A stretch of 28,114 nucleotides of DNA from a virus (Duplodnaviria > Caudoviricetes). Under the pieces are notes generated by a model that saw only the letters and a list, made by a program, of their open reading frames with translations, was not told the DNA's origin and ran no database searches. How positions within the stretch are numbered: position 1 is the first letter of the stretch; every line of letters begins with the position of its first letter. The translations under genes and the position numbers were made by a program. The DNA is taken from positions 1 through 28,114 of the IMG/VR virus record IMGVR_UViG_3300030392_000196. One strand, written 5' to 3'. Below, one piece after another: positions 7,947 through 17,040 of the stretch.

Positions 7947-9234
7947 ACAGCTGGCATTCCTGTTACTGGATAACCAGGAAGCCCTCTATGGAGGCGCAGC
8001 CGGAGGAGGCAAGAGTGATGCGCTGCTTATGGCCGCCTTGCAGTATGTTGATTACCCTAGCTATTCAGCCCTGCTCCTGAGACGGGCATACACCGACCTA
8101 TCCTTGCCAGGCGCACTAATGGATAGAGCGAGAGCATGGCTCATGCCTACACAGGCCCGATGGCGAGACCACCTGAAGACATGGGAGTTCCCCAGTGGCG
8201 CAACCCTAACCTTCGGCTATCTCGAAAAGCCAGGTGATGAATATCGCTATCAGTCCACCGAATTTCAGATGATAGGATTTGATGAATTAACACAGTTCAC
8301 CGAGAACCAATACCGCTATTTATTCAGCCGCCTCCGCCGTCCTCAAGACGCTGGCATCCCGCTGCGGATGCGGTCTGCTAGTAATCCAGGTGGAGTTGGA
8401 CATGAGTGGGTACGTGAGCGATTCATAGATGCCGAAGGCTCGATTGATACACGTATATTCATTCCGGCCTCGCTGCCGGACAACCCTTATCTAGACCAAG
8501 TAGCCTATCTGGAATCCCTTAACCAACTCGACCCAGTTACCCGTCAGCAGCTATTGGTCGGTGACTGGACGGCACGGCAGCCTGGAAACCTGTTCAAGCG
8601 AGAATGGTTCCCGATAGTTGAGGAACTTCCTGTGATGCGGAATAGAAGTGTCCGCTATTGGGACTTGGCTGCAACGCCACTGAGGGCCGGAACAGACCCC
8701 GACTGGACGGCTGGGGTACGAGTCGATTATGGCTCAGATGGCCTCTATTACGTGGTGGATGTACAGCGAATGCGGGGGACTCCGGGCGAGGTGGAATCCC
8801 TCATCAAACAGACAGCCATGATAGATGGTAGTAGTACTCAGATATATATCGAACAAGAGCCAGGAGCGAGCGGCGTCAATACGATTTACCACTACGTGAC
8901 CAGGGTGTTGCCGGAGTACACGGTGCGAGGCCAAAGAGCTACAGGCTCCAAGGTGGAAAGGGCTGGGCCTGTGAGTAGCCAATCGGAAGTTGGCAACGTG
9001 AGACTGGTACGAGGAGCGTGGTTAGGGCCGTTCTTGGATGAAGTTGAGGCTTTCCCCCTAGGAGGGCATGACGACCAGGTAGACGGCCTCTCAGGGGCGT
9101 TTATGCGGCTTCGAAGTATGCACTCGCCCGAACCCTTGGTGCATCAGTTGGTCGGAGCAAGACGCATCAGCCCAGCAAACAATCCGCTCGGACTCGACCC
9201 TGACAACCCTATATACTGGGATTCGGATAGGTAA
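7891..9234 (+). CDS. terL: Terminase large subunit
   Basis: PTPKQ, Walker A YGGAAGGGKS, Walker B IGFDELTQF, SASNPGG, nuclease WDLA..D and HDDQVD; start at 7891 or slightly upstream. Confidence 0.95.
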   Translation: MGTLRLPWTQYIPHKPTPKQLAFLLLDNQEALYGGAAGGGKSDALLMAALQYVDYPSYSALLLRRAYTDLSLPGALMDRARAWLMPTQARWRDHLKTWEFPSGATLTFGYLEKPGDEYRYQSTEFQMIGFDELTQFTENQYRYLFSRLRRPQDAGIPLRMRSASNPGGVGHEWVRERFIDAEGSIDTRIFIPASLPDNPYLDQVAYLESLNQLDPVTRQQLLVGDWTARQPGNLFKREWFPIVEELPVMRNRSVRYWDLAATPLRAGTDPDWTAGVRVDYGSDGLYYVVDVQRMRGTPGEVESLIKQTAMIDGSSTQIYIEQEPGASGVNTIYHYVTRVLPEYTVRGQRATGSKVERAGPVSSQSEVGNVRLVRGAWLGPFLDEVEAFPLGGHDDQVDGLSGAFMRLRSMHSPEPLVHQLVGARRISPANNPLGLDPDNPIYWDSDR

Positions 9235-9263
9235 TAGGCATCCCGAGATGTTCGGAGGCGTTA

Positions 9264-9434
9264 ATGACTGGCTGGAGCGAAACATACTACAAGGGCTTGC
9301 CCCAATGGCAACACGAGGCGAACAATGCCTGGTTCAAGCGTGCGCTCGAACTCCTAGCGGACACTGGAATCCTGGCAGTTCCCAATCTTCGGAAAACCTT
9401 CAATAAACGTGGTGAGGAGGTCAGAGGGACTTAA
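9264..9434 (+). CDS. Small hypothetical protein (56 aa)
   Basis: Not in ORF track. GGAGG RBS, MTGWSETYYKGLPQWQHEAN...GEEVRGT; stop abuts the portal ATG. Confidence 0.65.
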   Translation: MTGWSETYYKGLPQWQHEANNAWFKRALELLADTGILAVPNLRKTFNKRGEEVRGT

Positions 9435-10817
9435 ATGGTGCTCTTTACGAATGGGTTAGACCCAGTTTCGGAATCGTTAATGCGGTGGATACAACAGCAG
9501 GCCGACGACAGGCGTGTGGATTACGAGTTGGCACGTCGATACTATGGAGGTGACCACGACACCGCCATAACCGACAGGCTGAAGAAATTCCTTCCTCCTC
9601 GCTTGCAGTTTAGGGATAACTTTATGAACGTGGTGGTGGACAGCCTATCTGAGCGACTGACAGTAATGGGCTTTGAGGTGGAGAATGAGGCTGTGGCTGA
9701 ATGGGCCTGGGACTTGTGGAACCGTAATCGGATGGACTATACGCAGAACGTAGTCCATGCCGAGACCATAATGCTGGGCGATAGCTACTTGCTATGCGAT
9801 TGGGATGATGGGCATGAGCGGCCTCGTTGGACGCACCAGATGGCCGAGATGATTGTGCCGCACTACGACGAAAATACACGTGAGATAGACTGGGCCAGCA
9901 AGAAATGGATACAGCGACCCCATATCGGCGAGGAGCCGGAAACCCGATTGAACCTGTATTACCCAGACCGTGTTGAGAAATATGTGGCGCATGGAGGCGT
10001 ATGGCGGCAATACCAGGACGAACTTGACGAGACCTGGCCTGTCGCATGGCTAAACCGTGCTGGGGAACCCTTAGGGGTGCCGCTCGTTCACTTTCGCAAT
10101 CGGCCTATGGGGGCAGATTTTGGGCAGTCAGAGATAATCAACGTCATACCCATGCAAGATTTACTGAACAAGAGCCTGATTGACCTGACGATGATATTGG
10201 ATACCCTTGCCTTTCCACAGCGATATACCCTGAATGTGAACCACGGGTCGAGTCGGCTGGATATCTTGCCTGGCAGCGTCACAGAGTTCCACAGCGAGTA
10301 CGATGGTGGGTCAGTCGGGCAGTGGAGCGCAGCTAACGTAGACAGCCCTCTCAGGGCCATCGAGGCGTTAGTTCAGCACATCGCCGGAACTACTCGTACC
10401 CCTCAACACCTTTTCCAGATTATGGGCGGTGCCCCTAGTGGCGAGGCATTAAAGACAGCGGAGTCCGGCCTGGTTAACAAGGCCCGTCAGCGCATGGTGA
10501 ATTTCGGCAACTCCTGGGAGGATTGCATCATGATGGCGATGCGCATCCAGGCAGCCTTCGGGCAGGCCCAGCCGGAGATAGATGAAGGCTCCATTCGCAC
10601 TACCTGGGACGACCCGGAGACCCGAAATGAACTGAGCCACCTGGAATCCCTGCGCACCAAGATGGATTTGGGCATCACCAAGCATCAGATTTGGAGGGAG
10701 ATGGGGTATAACCAGGAGCAGATAGACGAGATGGAGCAAGACGCTACAGCGGAGCGTGTAGCGGAGACCAATATAGGGGCGGAGATACTGCGCAACTTCC
10801 AAGCCGGAACGATTTAA
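9435..10817 (+). CDS. Portal protein (SPP1 gp6-like)
   Basis: 460 aa after terL; YYGGDH, NFMNVVVDSLSERL, VPLVHFRN, GQSEI, FPQRY, PSGEALK motifs. Confidence 0.92.
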   Translation: MVLFTNGLDPVSESLMRWIQQQADDRRVDYELARRYYGGDHDTAITDRLKKFLPPRLQFRDNFMNVVVDSLSERLTVMGFEVENEAVAEWAWDLWNRNRMDYTQNVVHAETIMLGDSYLLCDWDDGHERPRWTHQMAEMIVPHYDENTREIDWASKKWIQRPHIGEEPETRLNLYYPDRVEKYVAHGGVWRQYQDELDETWPVAWLNRAGEPLGVPLVHFRNRPMGADFGQSEIINVIPMQDLLNKSLIDLTMILDTLAFPQRYTLNVNHGSSRLDILPGSVTEFHSEYDGGSVGQWSAANVDSPLRAIEALVQHIAGTTRTPQHLFQIMGGAPSGEALKTAESGLVNKARQRMVNFGNSWEDCIMMAMRIQAAFGQAQPEIDEGSIRTTWDDPETRNELSHLESLRTKMDLGITKHQIWREMGYNQEQIDEMEQDATAERVAETNIGAEILRNFQAGTI

Positions 10818-10819
10818 TC

Positions 10820-11851
10820 ATGCCTCCAGCTGATGCGCAGAAAGCCGTCGAAGAGTTAGCCCGTCAGGTTGCCGCACTAGATAGGGCCACAGCCGCACGT
10901 ATCATTAATGAATACGCCGTGGTATATGCCCAGTTGCAAGACCAAGCAGCCGGAGTGGTAAGAGTGGCCCAGCAGCGAAACCTGAAGCCCTGGGAAGTCA
11001 ATCGCATGAATCGCCTGAACGAGCTAGAGGGGCAATTGGTCAAAAACGTCGGGCAGTTTAGCCGTGTAGCTGGGGAGACAGTGACCGCTGGGCAACGTGC
11101 GGCGGTTGGTCTATCCGTCCAAGGTGCGCCTGTGGTGGCGAATGCAAGCCTTCCCACCGGCATCACGCTGGGCAACCTGGCCAATGTGGGAATAGGATGG
11201 AATCAGCTGCCAGCAGAGGCCTTTCAGGCTTTCGTGGGCATCAGTGGTGATGGTGCGCCTGTGGGGAATCTACTCGCAAACCTTGGGCCACAAGCCGCCA
11301 CTGGCGTGAAGCAGGGCATTCGCACAGGAATAGCAACAGGCCAAAGCCCACGTGAGATAGCGAATGTGGTGCGCCAGGCCGCAGGCATGCCACTATCCAA
11401 GGCGTTGACTATCAGCCGTACAGAAGTGAACCGTGCGCATCGGGAAGCGACAAGGCTTAATTATGCAGCGAATAGTAACGTGGTTAAGGGCTACCGGCGA
11501 TTGGCGACTAAGGATGAAAATACGTGCATGGCTTGCATTGCCTTAGATAACACGGTTTATGAGACTAATGAACCACTAGATGCTCACCCGAACTGTAGAT
11601 GCGCAATGGTGCCAGACACCCTAACCTATCAAGACCTAGGGCTGGATATCCCAGAAGAACCCAGGCCGCAGACGGGGCAAGAATGGTTTGGGCAACAAGA
11701 CCGCAAGACCCAGGAAAACATGATGGGGACGAAGGTATTTACGGCCTATCAGGGAGGGCGTGTAGGATTAAACGACTTGGTCACTACTTCCACCAGTAGC
11801 GTTTGGGGCAAGAGTTCCACGGTTAAATCGAACAGAGCATTAGGTCTTTAG
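10820..11851 (+). CDS. Head morphogenesis / minor capsid protein (SPP1 gp7 / Mu gpF-like)
   Basis: ISRTEVNRA, TCMACIALD and HPNCRC motifs; follows the portal. Confidence 0.9.
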   Translation: MPPADAQKAVEELARQVAALDRATAARIINEYAVVYAQLQDQAAGVVRVAQQRNLKPWEVNRMNRLNELEGQLVKNVGQFSRVAGETVTAGQRAAVGLSVQGAPVVANASLPTGITLGNLANVGIGWNQLPAEAFQAFVGISGDGAPVGNLLANLGPQAATGVKQGIRTGIATGQSPREIANVVRQAAGMPLSKALTISRTEVNRAHREATRLNYAANSNVVKGYRRLATKDENTCMACIALDNTVYETNEPLDAHPNCRCAMVPDTLTYQDLGLDIPEEPRPQTGQEWFGQQDRKTQENMMGTKVFTAYQGGRVGLNDLVTTSTSSVWGKSSTVKSNRALGL

Positions 11852-11858
11852 GAGTATT

Positions 11859-12071
11859 ATGAAAGCAGAACTGGAAGGTGAGATACGGCCCGTAATCCGG
11901 CATCGGCGTGGAGTCCTTTGGTGTCCATTCTGTGACCGTAGCCGCCAGGACGAAGGTATGGATATGTGGTGCGATGGGTGCCATGCTCGATACACAGACG
12001 AAGTTATCCAGGATTCTCGTCGCCGTTCCCGTCGTCAGCCCGTAGCCGAAGCCGATAATGAAGTGCTATAG
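11859..12071 (+). CDS. Small zinc-ribbon protein
   Basis: CPFC...CDGC; AGGAG RBS. Confidence 0.65.
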   Translation: MKAELEGEIRPVIRHRRGVLWCPFCDRSRQDEGMDMWCDGCHARYTDEVIQDSRRRSRRQPVAEADNEVL

Positions 12072-12249
12072 ATGTGAATCGGATAGGCTAGAACTCGCAA
12101 CCCTGTGGCCTGCTGAGCGCACAAACTATGCGATGGCTGGCCTGGTGTTGCGCCTCTGCACTAATTGTGGGTTAGAGCAGAGCCACATAGGCGACGACGA
12201 GATTCTTGAACCGGCCCAGGCTGCCGAATTCGCTCCACCAAAGACATAA
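12058..12249 (+). CDS. Small zinc-ribbon protein
   Basis: MKCYRC...CTNC; overlaps the previous ORF and ends at a hairpin. Confidence 0.6.
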   Translation: MKCYRCESDRLELATLWPAERTNYAMAGLVLRLCTNCGLEQSHIGDDEILEPAQAAEFAPPKT

Positions 12250-12280
12250 AAAAAGCCCCTCTCGTTTGAGAGGGGCTTAA
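12248..12280 (-). terminator. Rho-independent terminator (- strand, possibly bidirectional)
   Basis: AAGCCCCTCTC-GTTT-GAGAGGGGCTT perfect stem with an A-run on the left (U-tract on - strand). Confidence 0.85.
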
Positions 12281-12334
12281 CCTATTCGTGATGCGCTTGG
12301 TTACTTACTGCACTGATTGTCATGATTGGACTCC

Positions 12335-12514
12335 TTATTCCTCTTCATCTGAATGGACTTGAAATTCTGGAGTCGCTAATGCTTTTTTCAACTCTTTAGC
12401 TGCCTGCTCTCCCATTTTGATTACGGGCCGTCTATGGGTAGCAAAACACCAACATTCACCAGGGAAGATATGCTCTCGATTGGTGTCTATCGTTTTTAAA
12501 TTGATTCGTGCCAT
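12335..12514 (-). CDS. Small hypothetical protein (59 aa) in the antisense cassette
   Basis: ATG 12514 after AAGGAGAG RBS; MARINLKTIDTNREHIFPGECWC... Confidence 0.6.
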   Translation of the reverse strand: MARINLKTIDTNREHIFPGECWCFATHRRPVIKMGEQAAKELKKALATPEFQVHSDEEE

Positions 12515-12551
12515 TTTCTTACTCTCCTTTTGATTTGGTTGCCTGGCCTGG

Positions 12552-12782
12552 TTATTTGCCGCAATAATGTCGGCCTGGCGTGTCATGAATTGTGGTCACT
12601 AAGCATCCACACTCTTGCTTTGGACTGCACTTAAAGCAAGGATGGCTGGCGGCCCGTGCCACGTTAGCCCTACTTTTTTCGCCGCCCCGTCCGGTAGTGG
12701 AAGGGTAGATTTCGCAGTTGGTCTCATGTCCGCAATTTGCTGTCACCGTTGCTAGTCTCATGCTGTGTCGTGTTCCAGCCAT
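12552..12782 (-). CDS. Small Cys/His-rich hypothetical protein in the antisense cassette
   Basis: ATG after AGGAGGG RBS, just downstream of a near-consensus promoter; CGH...CFKC...CGC...HYC. Confidence 0.7.
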   Translation of the reverse strand: MAGTRHSMRLATVTANCGHETNCEIYPSTTGRGGEKSRANVARAASHPCFKCSPKQECGCLVTTIHDTPGRHYCGK

Positions 12783-12818
12783 CTTGTTCCCTCCTGTGGT
12801 TTACTTGGTCTACGACCA

Positions 12819-12847
12819 AGTATATATAACAATATGTTAGATGTCAA
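12819..12847 (-). promoter_or_regulatory. Near-consensus sigma70 promoter with a palindromic operator in the spacer
   Basis: - strand TTGACA (12847-12842), 17 bp, TATACT (12824-12819); spacer overlaps ATATAACAATATGTTAGAT. Confidence 0.8.
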
Positions 12848-12960
12848 CCCTTATTTCACACGAATATTAAGGCACTTTTAACAGCGGCCCTATTGTTTTA
12901 TGAATTGGCATGGGGTAGTCTAATGATATTCGGTAATGGGGCAAGTAGTGGTGATTGATT

Positions 12961-13086
12961 ATGCCAGGTGGTAAAGGAAAGGGTGGAGGGCGTAGCTCCT
13001 ATGGGCCGAAAGGACGGGTGAAATCCGGGCCTCCACGAGACCGGCGATTACGAGGGAGCCGTGCTGGCGGAAGGAAGGGTAAATAA
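12961..13086 (+). CDS. 41-aa Gly/Arg/Lys-rich basic peptide
   Basis: Not in ORF track. MPGGKGKGGGRSSYGPKGRVKSGPPRDRRLRGSRAGGRKGK; RBS weak; followed by a strong hairpin. Confidence 0.55.
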   Translation: MPGGKGKGGGRSSYGPKGRVKSGPPRDRRLRGSRAGGRKGK

Positions 13087-13087
13087 A

Positions 13088-13120
13088 ATGCTCCGCAGAG
13101 GGATAAAAACTGCGGAGCAT
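13088..13120 (+). other. Stem-loop upstream of the scaffold gene
   Basis: ATGCTCCGCAG-N11-CTGCGGAGCAT perfect 11-bp inverted repeat with no U-tract. Confidence 0.65.
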
Positions 13121-13202
13121 CGGACGTGGAGGTAAATCGGTGTAGAACCGGAGTGTATCATAGCACTCACATTACCGCAACCCTGCGGGTTAAATAGGGG
13201 AG

Positions 13203-13811
13203 TTGATGGTTACAGAAAATGTGGAACCCATAGGAGATGAGGCGGCCCAGGCGACTCCGGCCACTGAGCCGGAGCCGGAGGGTCAACGCCCAGAGCGAAA
13301 ATTTAGCCAAGATGATGTTAATCGCATGCAGGCGCAGACCCGGAAAGAGGTTCGTAATCAGTTTGCTGATTACGGCCAATTAAAAGAAAGAGCAGCCAAA
13401 GCAGATGAACTGGAGCAAGCACAGCTTTCTGAGGCAGAGAAGTTAGAGGCTAGGGCGTTAGAGGCTGAACGTAAAGCCGCCACAGCGGCAGACCAGATAG
13501 CCAATGCCATGATAGCCTCCGATGTGAAAGTGCGAGCCAGCCAGTTGGGAATCATCGACCCAGATGCTGCGTTGCTACTCGTTGACCGCACCAATGTTCG
13601 GTACAGCGAGGACAGCGGTGTTACTGGTGTTGATGCAGCCCTCACTCAACTCCTAGAAGATAAACCGTATCTCAAAGGTCAGCCCAATCGTGCGCCGAAT
13701 CTTAACCCACAAAGTGGGGAACCGGCCCCAACCTTACGGCTATCGGACGACCAACGTGAGGCGGCTCGGCTAATGGGCATGACTGAGGAAGATTACGCAC
13801 AGGGAATCTAA
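13203..13811 (+). CDS. Capsid scaffolding protein
   Basis: Acidic Pro-rich N-terminus, FSQDDVNR, coiled coil, KPYL motif; located upstream of the capsid genes. Confidence 0.8.
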   Translation: MMVTENVEPIGDEAAQATPATEPEPEGQRPERKFSQDDVNRMQAQTRKEVRNQFADYGQLKERAAKADELEQAQLSEAEKLEARALEAERKAATAADQIANAMIASDVKVRASQLGIIDPDAALLLVDRTNVRYSEDSGVTGVDAALTQLLEDKPYLKGQPNRAPNLNPQSGEPAPTLRLSDDQREAARLMGMTEEDYAQGI

Positions 13812-13847
13812 CTTCTGAGTCACGGATAGAACGTGTAAGGAGATACC

Positions 13848-14315
13848 ATGGCAGCTAATGGATTTGAATGGCGATACAACATAGGTGGGGGACGCCCACT
13901 AATTTTAACCTTCCTCATGAAGGACACGGAGACTCTCACACGTGGCGACATGTTAAACCTTGAGTCTGGTGAAGTAGACCTGATGGCGACTGGTGACCTG
14001 GCCGCTGTTGGTATCTTCGTCGGGCCTGAGAATCCCACTGATGCCGTAGACGGGAAGCCTGGCACGGTATCCGGGACTGACAGCACCACGGTAGTGAAGG
14101 CTATCGTGAATCCCGACGCAGTGTACGCAGACCCCAATGACACCAGCGCACGGCTGGCTGGGGCATTGCTGGATATTTCCGGTGCTACCGGAGCGCAAAC
14201 CATCGCCGCCGCATCGAATAATGAGTTCGTAGTGGTGGAGCGCAAGCGTCAATCCAGCGACGAAACTCGTGTCCAGTTCACGGCTCCGACCCATTATTTG
14301 AGTAAGGTTCAGTAG
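13848..14315 (+). CDS. Head decoration / capsid cement protein
   Basis: 155-aa beta-rich ORF between scaffold and capsid genes; AAGGAG RBS. Confidence 0.6.
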   Translation: MAANGFEWRYNIGGGRPLILTFLMKDTETLTRGDMLNLESGEVDLMATGDLAAVGIFVGPENPTDAVDGKPGTVSGTDSTTVVKAIVNPDAVYADPNDTSARLAGALLDISGATGAQTIAAASNNEFVVVERKRQSSDETRVQFTAPTHYLSKVQ

Positions 14316-14325
14316 GAGTTAAGAG

Positions 14326-15252
14326 ATGCCTTTAACAGCTGGCAATTTTGCCGACCTGTTGAAACCTGGCCTGAAGCGGATATTCGATGTAGGGGTATCC
14401 CGTCCACGTCCAATGATGGAAATGCTTTTCGGGGTCGAATCATCAACTCGCTCCGAAGAACAATATCAAGGCATGGGGTCGCAGGGCTTGGTTCCACCCT
14501 TTGATGGAACCGTTCCTTATGCCGATTTCGATGCCGGATACCGCACCGACATTCGCAACTACGAATTCGCACAGGGCATTCAGGTGGAACGACGGCTTGT
14601 CGATGACGACCAATACAACCAGATTCGTCGCCGTGCTTCCAATATGTCGGACTCTTTCAGTACCACGATTGAGACCGATGCCGCCAACGTGTTTATCAAT
14701 GGCTTCACGGACAGCGGCACCAATCGGATGGGCGCATCCACCAATGGCGCAGACGGCGTGGGCTTGCTTAGCACGGCTCATCCCTTCAGCCCAGCGGATA
14801 CCGGAACGACCCAAGCGAATGAAGCCACCTTGGCCTTGACTATCGACAACTTGGACACGACTCGCCAGGCGATGCGCAACTTTACCGACGATGCCGGTCA
14901 GCTTATGGGTGTAAACCCTAATATGCTCCTCGTCCCACCGGAACTGGAGCGGACAGCGACCCAGTTGGTCAGCGAGCGTGCGCTTTATGAGCCAGGTTCA
15001 GCCCAGTACGACGTCAATATGTTCTCTGGCCGGTTTCAGCCCGTGGTTTGGGACAGGCTGACCGATTCCAATGCGTGGTTCTTAATCGACTCTGTGATGA
15101 TGAAACAGCACCTGATTTGGCAATGGAGGATTCGCCCTGAGTTCGCTCAGTCCGATGACTTTGACGGTTTAACGGCCAAATTCCGGGGCTATATGCGCTA
15201 CGGTATCGGCTGGACTGACTGGCGGTGGATATACGGTCAAAATCCTAGCTAA
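14326..15252 (+). CDS. Major capsid protein (HK97 fold, Mu gpT-like)
   Basis: LLKPGL, DGVGLLSTAHP, LLVPPELE, LTDSNAWFL, RYGIGWTDWRWIYG. Confidence 0.9.
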   Translation: MPLTAGNFADLLKPGLKRIFDVGVSRPRPMMEMLFGVESSTRSEEQYQGMGSQGLVPPFDGTVPYADFDAGYRTDIRNYEFAQGIQVERRLVDDDQYNQIRRRASNMSDSFSTTIETDAANVFINGFTDSGTNRMGASTNGADGVGLLSTAHPFSPADTGTTQANEATLALTIDNLDTTRQAMRNFTDDAGQLMGVNPNMLLVPPELERTATQLVSERALYEPGSAQYDVNMFSGRFQPVVWDRLTDSNAWFLIDSVMMKQHLIWQWRIRPEFAQSDDFDGLTAKFRGYMRYGIGWTDWRWIYGQNPS

Positions 15253-15269
15253 ATCTATCTAGGTACGCT

Positions 15270-15291
15270 GGTGGGGGCGGAAGCCCCCACT
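15270..15291 (+). terminator. GC-rich hairpin after the capsid gene (attenuator or stabiliser)
   Basis: GTGGGGGC-GGAA-GCCCCCAC; lacks a clear U-tract. Confidence 0.5.
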
Positions 15292-15313
15292 GGTTCCTGA
15301 GGAGGAACTGGTT

Positions 15314-16255
15314 ATGCCTACTAATTTTCCATCGGGTGTGAAATCTCGTGGAGTCCCAGTTGAGGGACTCGGTGGGATTGGAAGCCCGCTGCTCACAACC
15401 GGCAATGTTTACCATGTGGATTCAGGCGCAGATGCCGCAAGCAATAACAATGCGGCAACTAATCCAAAACAGCCAGCGGCCACACTTGATGGCGCAGTTG
15501 GCAAATGCACCGCCAACAATGGCGATGTAATTCTCGTCGCTCCAGGCCATTCAGAAACATTCTCAGCCGCCGCCGGTATCACGTTTGATATAGCCGGTGT
15601 CACGGTCATTGGCATGGGAGTGGGTGGGAGTCGTCCCACATTTACCTTTGACACAGCCACAACCACCGATATAAATGTCACAGCCGCTGATGTGCAACTG
15701 CACAACATGATTTTCAGCATGAATTACGCTGATATCGCAGAAGTATTCGACCTCAGTGCGGCTGGTTTCGTGGTAAATAAATGTCGGTTTGTTGATACTG
15801 CGGCCAGCATGAATTTCGTTGACTTAATTGTCACCACCACGACTGATAATCAGGCTGACCGCCTAGAATTTACCAATAACGTAATAATCAGTCCGGACAC
15901 TGGAAACAATGGCGTAATCAGTGTTTTAGGCGACCTCGACGGGCTGGTATTCAATAACAATTACATCAGCATGGGAGTGGCGAACTCGGAGGCTATAGTG
16001 TCGGTGGCCACCGGAAAAGACGTTACGAACTGCGAAATCACATATAACAATATTTACCGGCTGAACACCGCAGGCGACCTGTTGATTGACAGCGACACAA
16101 CCGCCAACAGCGGCATCATCGCTCACAACCGTATAGGCCACGCCGACACCGCTTCAGAAGTCCTGATTGATGCTGATGGAGTCCGGCAATTTGATAACCT
16201 GGGAAGTGCAACCGACACCGCTTCTGGCTACGTCCTGCCAGCTATCGACAGTTAG
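15314..16255 (+). CDS. Virion structural protein with beta-helix-like repeats (head fibre/spike candidate)
   Basis: MPTNFPSGVKSRGVP N-terminus, VYHVDS, GDVILVAPGHSET, recurring (I/F)xNNxI repeats. Confidence 0.6.
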   Translation: MPTNFPSGVKSRGVPVEGLGGIGSPLLTTGNVYHVDSGADAASNNNAATNPKQPAATLDGAVGKCTANNGDVILVAPGHSETFSAAAGITFDIAGVTVIGMGVGGSRPTFTFDTATTTDINVTAADVQLHNMIFSMNYADIAEVFDLSAAGFVVNKCRFVDTAASMNFVDLIVTTTTDNQADRLEFTNNVIISPDTGNNGVISVLGDLDGLVFNNNYISMGVANSEAIVSVATGKDVTNCEITYNNIYRLNTAGDLLIDSDTTANSGIIAHNRIGHADTASEVLIDADGVRQFDNLGSATDTASGYVLPAIDS

Positions 16256-16264
16256 GAGGGCTAG

Positions 16265-16669
16265 ATGTCATACGGTTACGAATCGGTCACAATCAACAGC
16301 GGAGCCGCCGTTGGTGGCGACGGCTCCGCTACAGCGAACAATACCAGCAGCCACGTTATCACTGGGCAGATATGCTCCGTCGGCGTGACCTATGGTGATT
16401 CGCCACCTAGCACAACTGACGTCACCATAGCCACCGCAGGGAATAATGGGCCTGCTGTAACTATCCTGACGCTCACAAATGCGAATACGAGCGGCTGGTT
16501 CCATCCACGCCATGTCGTGGATAACAATGCTGGCGCAGATATTGAATATGCTGATGGCTATTCAGTCTATGACAAGATTTGCGTGGCAGATAATATCAAA
16601 GTGACCATCGCTCAGGCTAACAGCCCTGATACCGCTGAAGTCGTAGTCGTATACTACGCTGGACGCTGA
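16265..16669 (+). CDS. Small virion structural protein (paralog A)
   Basis: AGGAGGG RBS; Ser/Thr/Gly-rich beta protein resembling the next ORF. Confidence 0.6.
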   Translation: MSYGYESVTINSGAAVGGDGSATANNTSSHVITGQICSVGVTYGDSPPSTTDVTIATAGNNGPAVTILTLTNANTSGWFHPRHVVDNNAGADIEYADGYSVYDKICVADNIKVTIAQANSPDTAEVVVVYYAGR

Positions 16670-17040
16670 TGGCTATTGATAAGTACACCATCAAGGTGTC
16701 CACCACTGGGTCTGACGCATCGGCGACTGGAAGCCTCGTCACCGCTTTACCCTACTGCGAACTTCTTGCGGTGCGGATGGATTTTCACGCTTCCGCACCG
16801 GCATCCACCGACACTACGCTCTCCTCTCCAGGAGGGCCGGTGTCGGTCACATTGCTGACCATCACCAACTCTGCTACCGATGCTTGGTATTATCCCGGTA
16901 TCCAGCTAGACGATAGCAGTGGCTCAGCGATAACGGGCGCATATATCCCAGCCATCATTCATGGCAACCTCTTAACTGAATTGGCCGGTTGCGATGCGCT
17001 TACCGATGCGCTCACAATGACTGTATTTGTGAGGACATAA
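16669..17040 (+). CDS. Small virion structural protein (paralog B)
   Basis: TGATG overlap; shares GSDASATG, STDTTL and TLLTITNS..WYYP pattern with 16265-16669. Confidence 0.6.
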   Translation: MAIDKYTIKVSTTGSDASATGSLVTALPYCELLAVRMDFHASAPASTDTTLSSPGGPVSVTLLTITNSATDAWYYPGIQLDDSSGSAITGAYIPAIIHGNLLTELAGCDALTDALTMTVFVRT

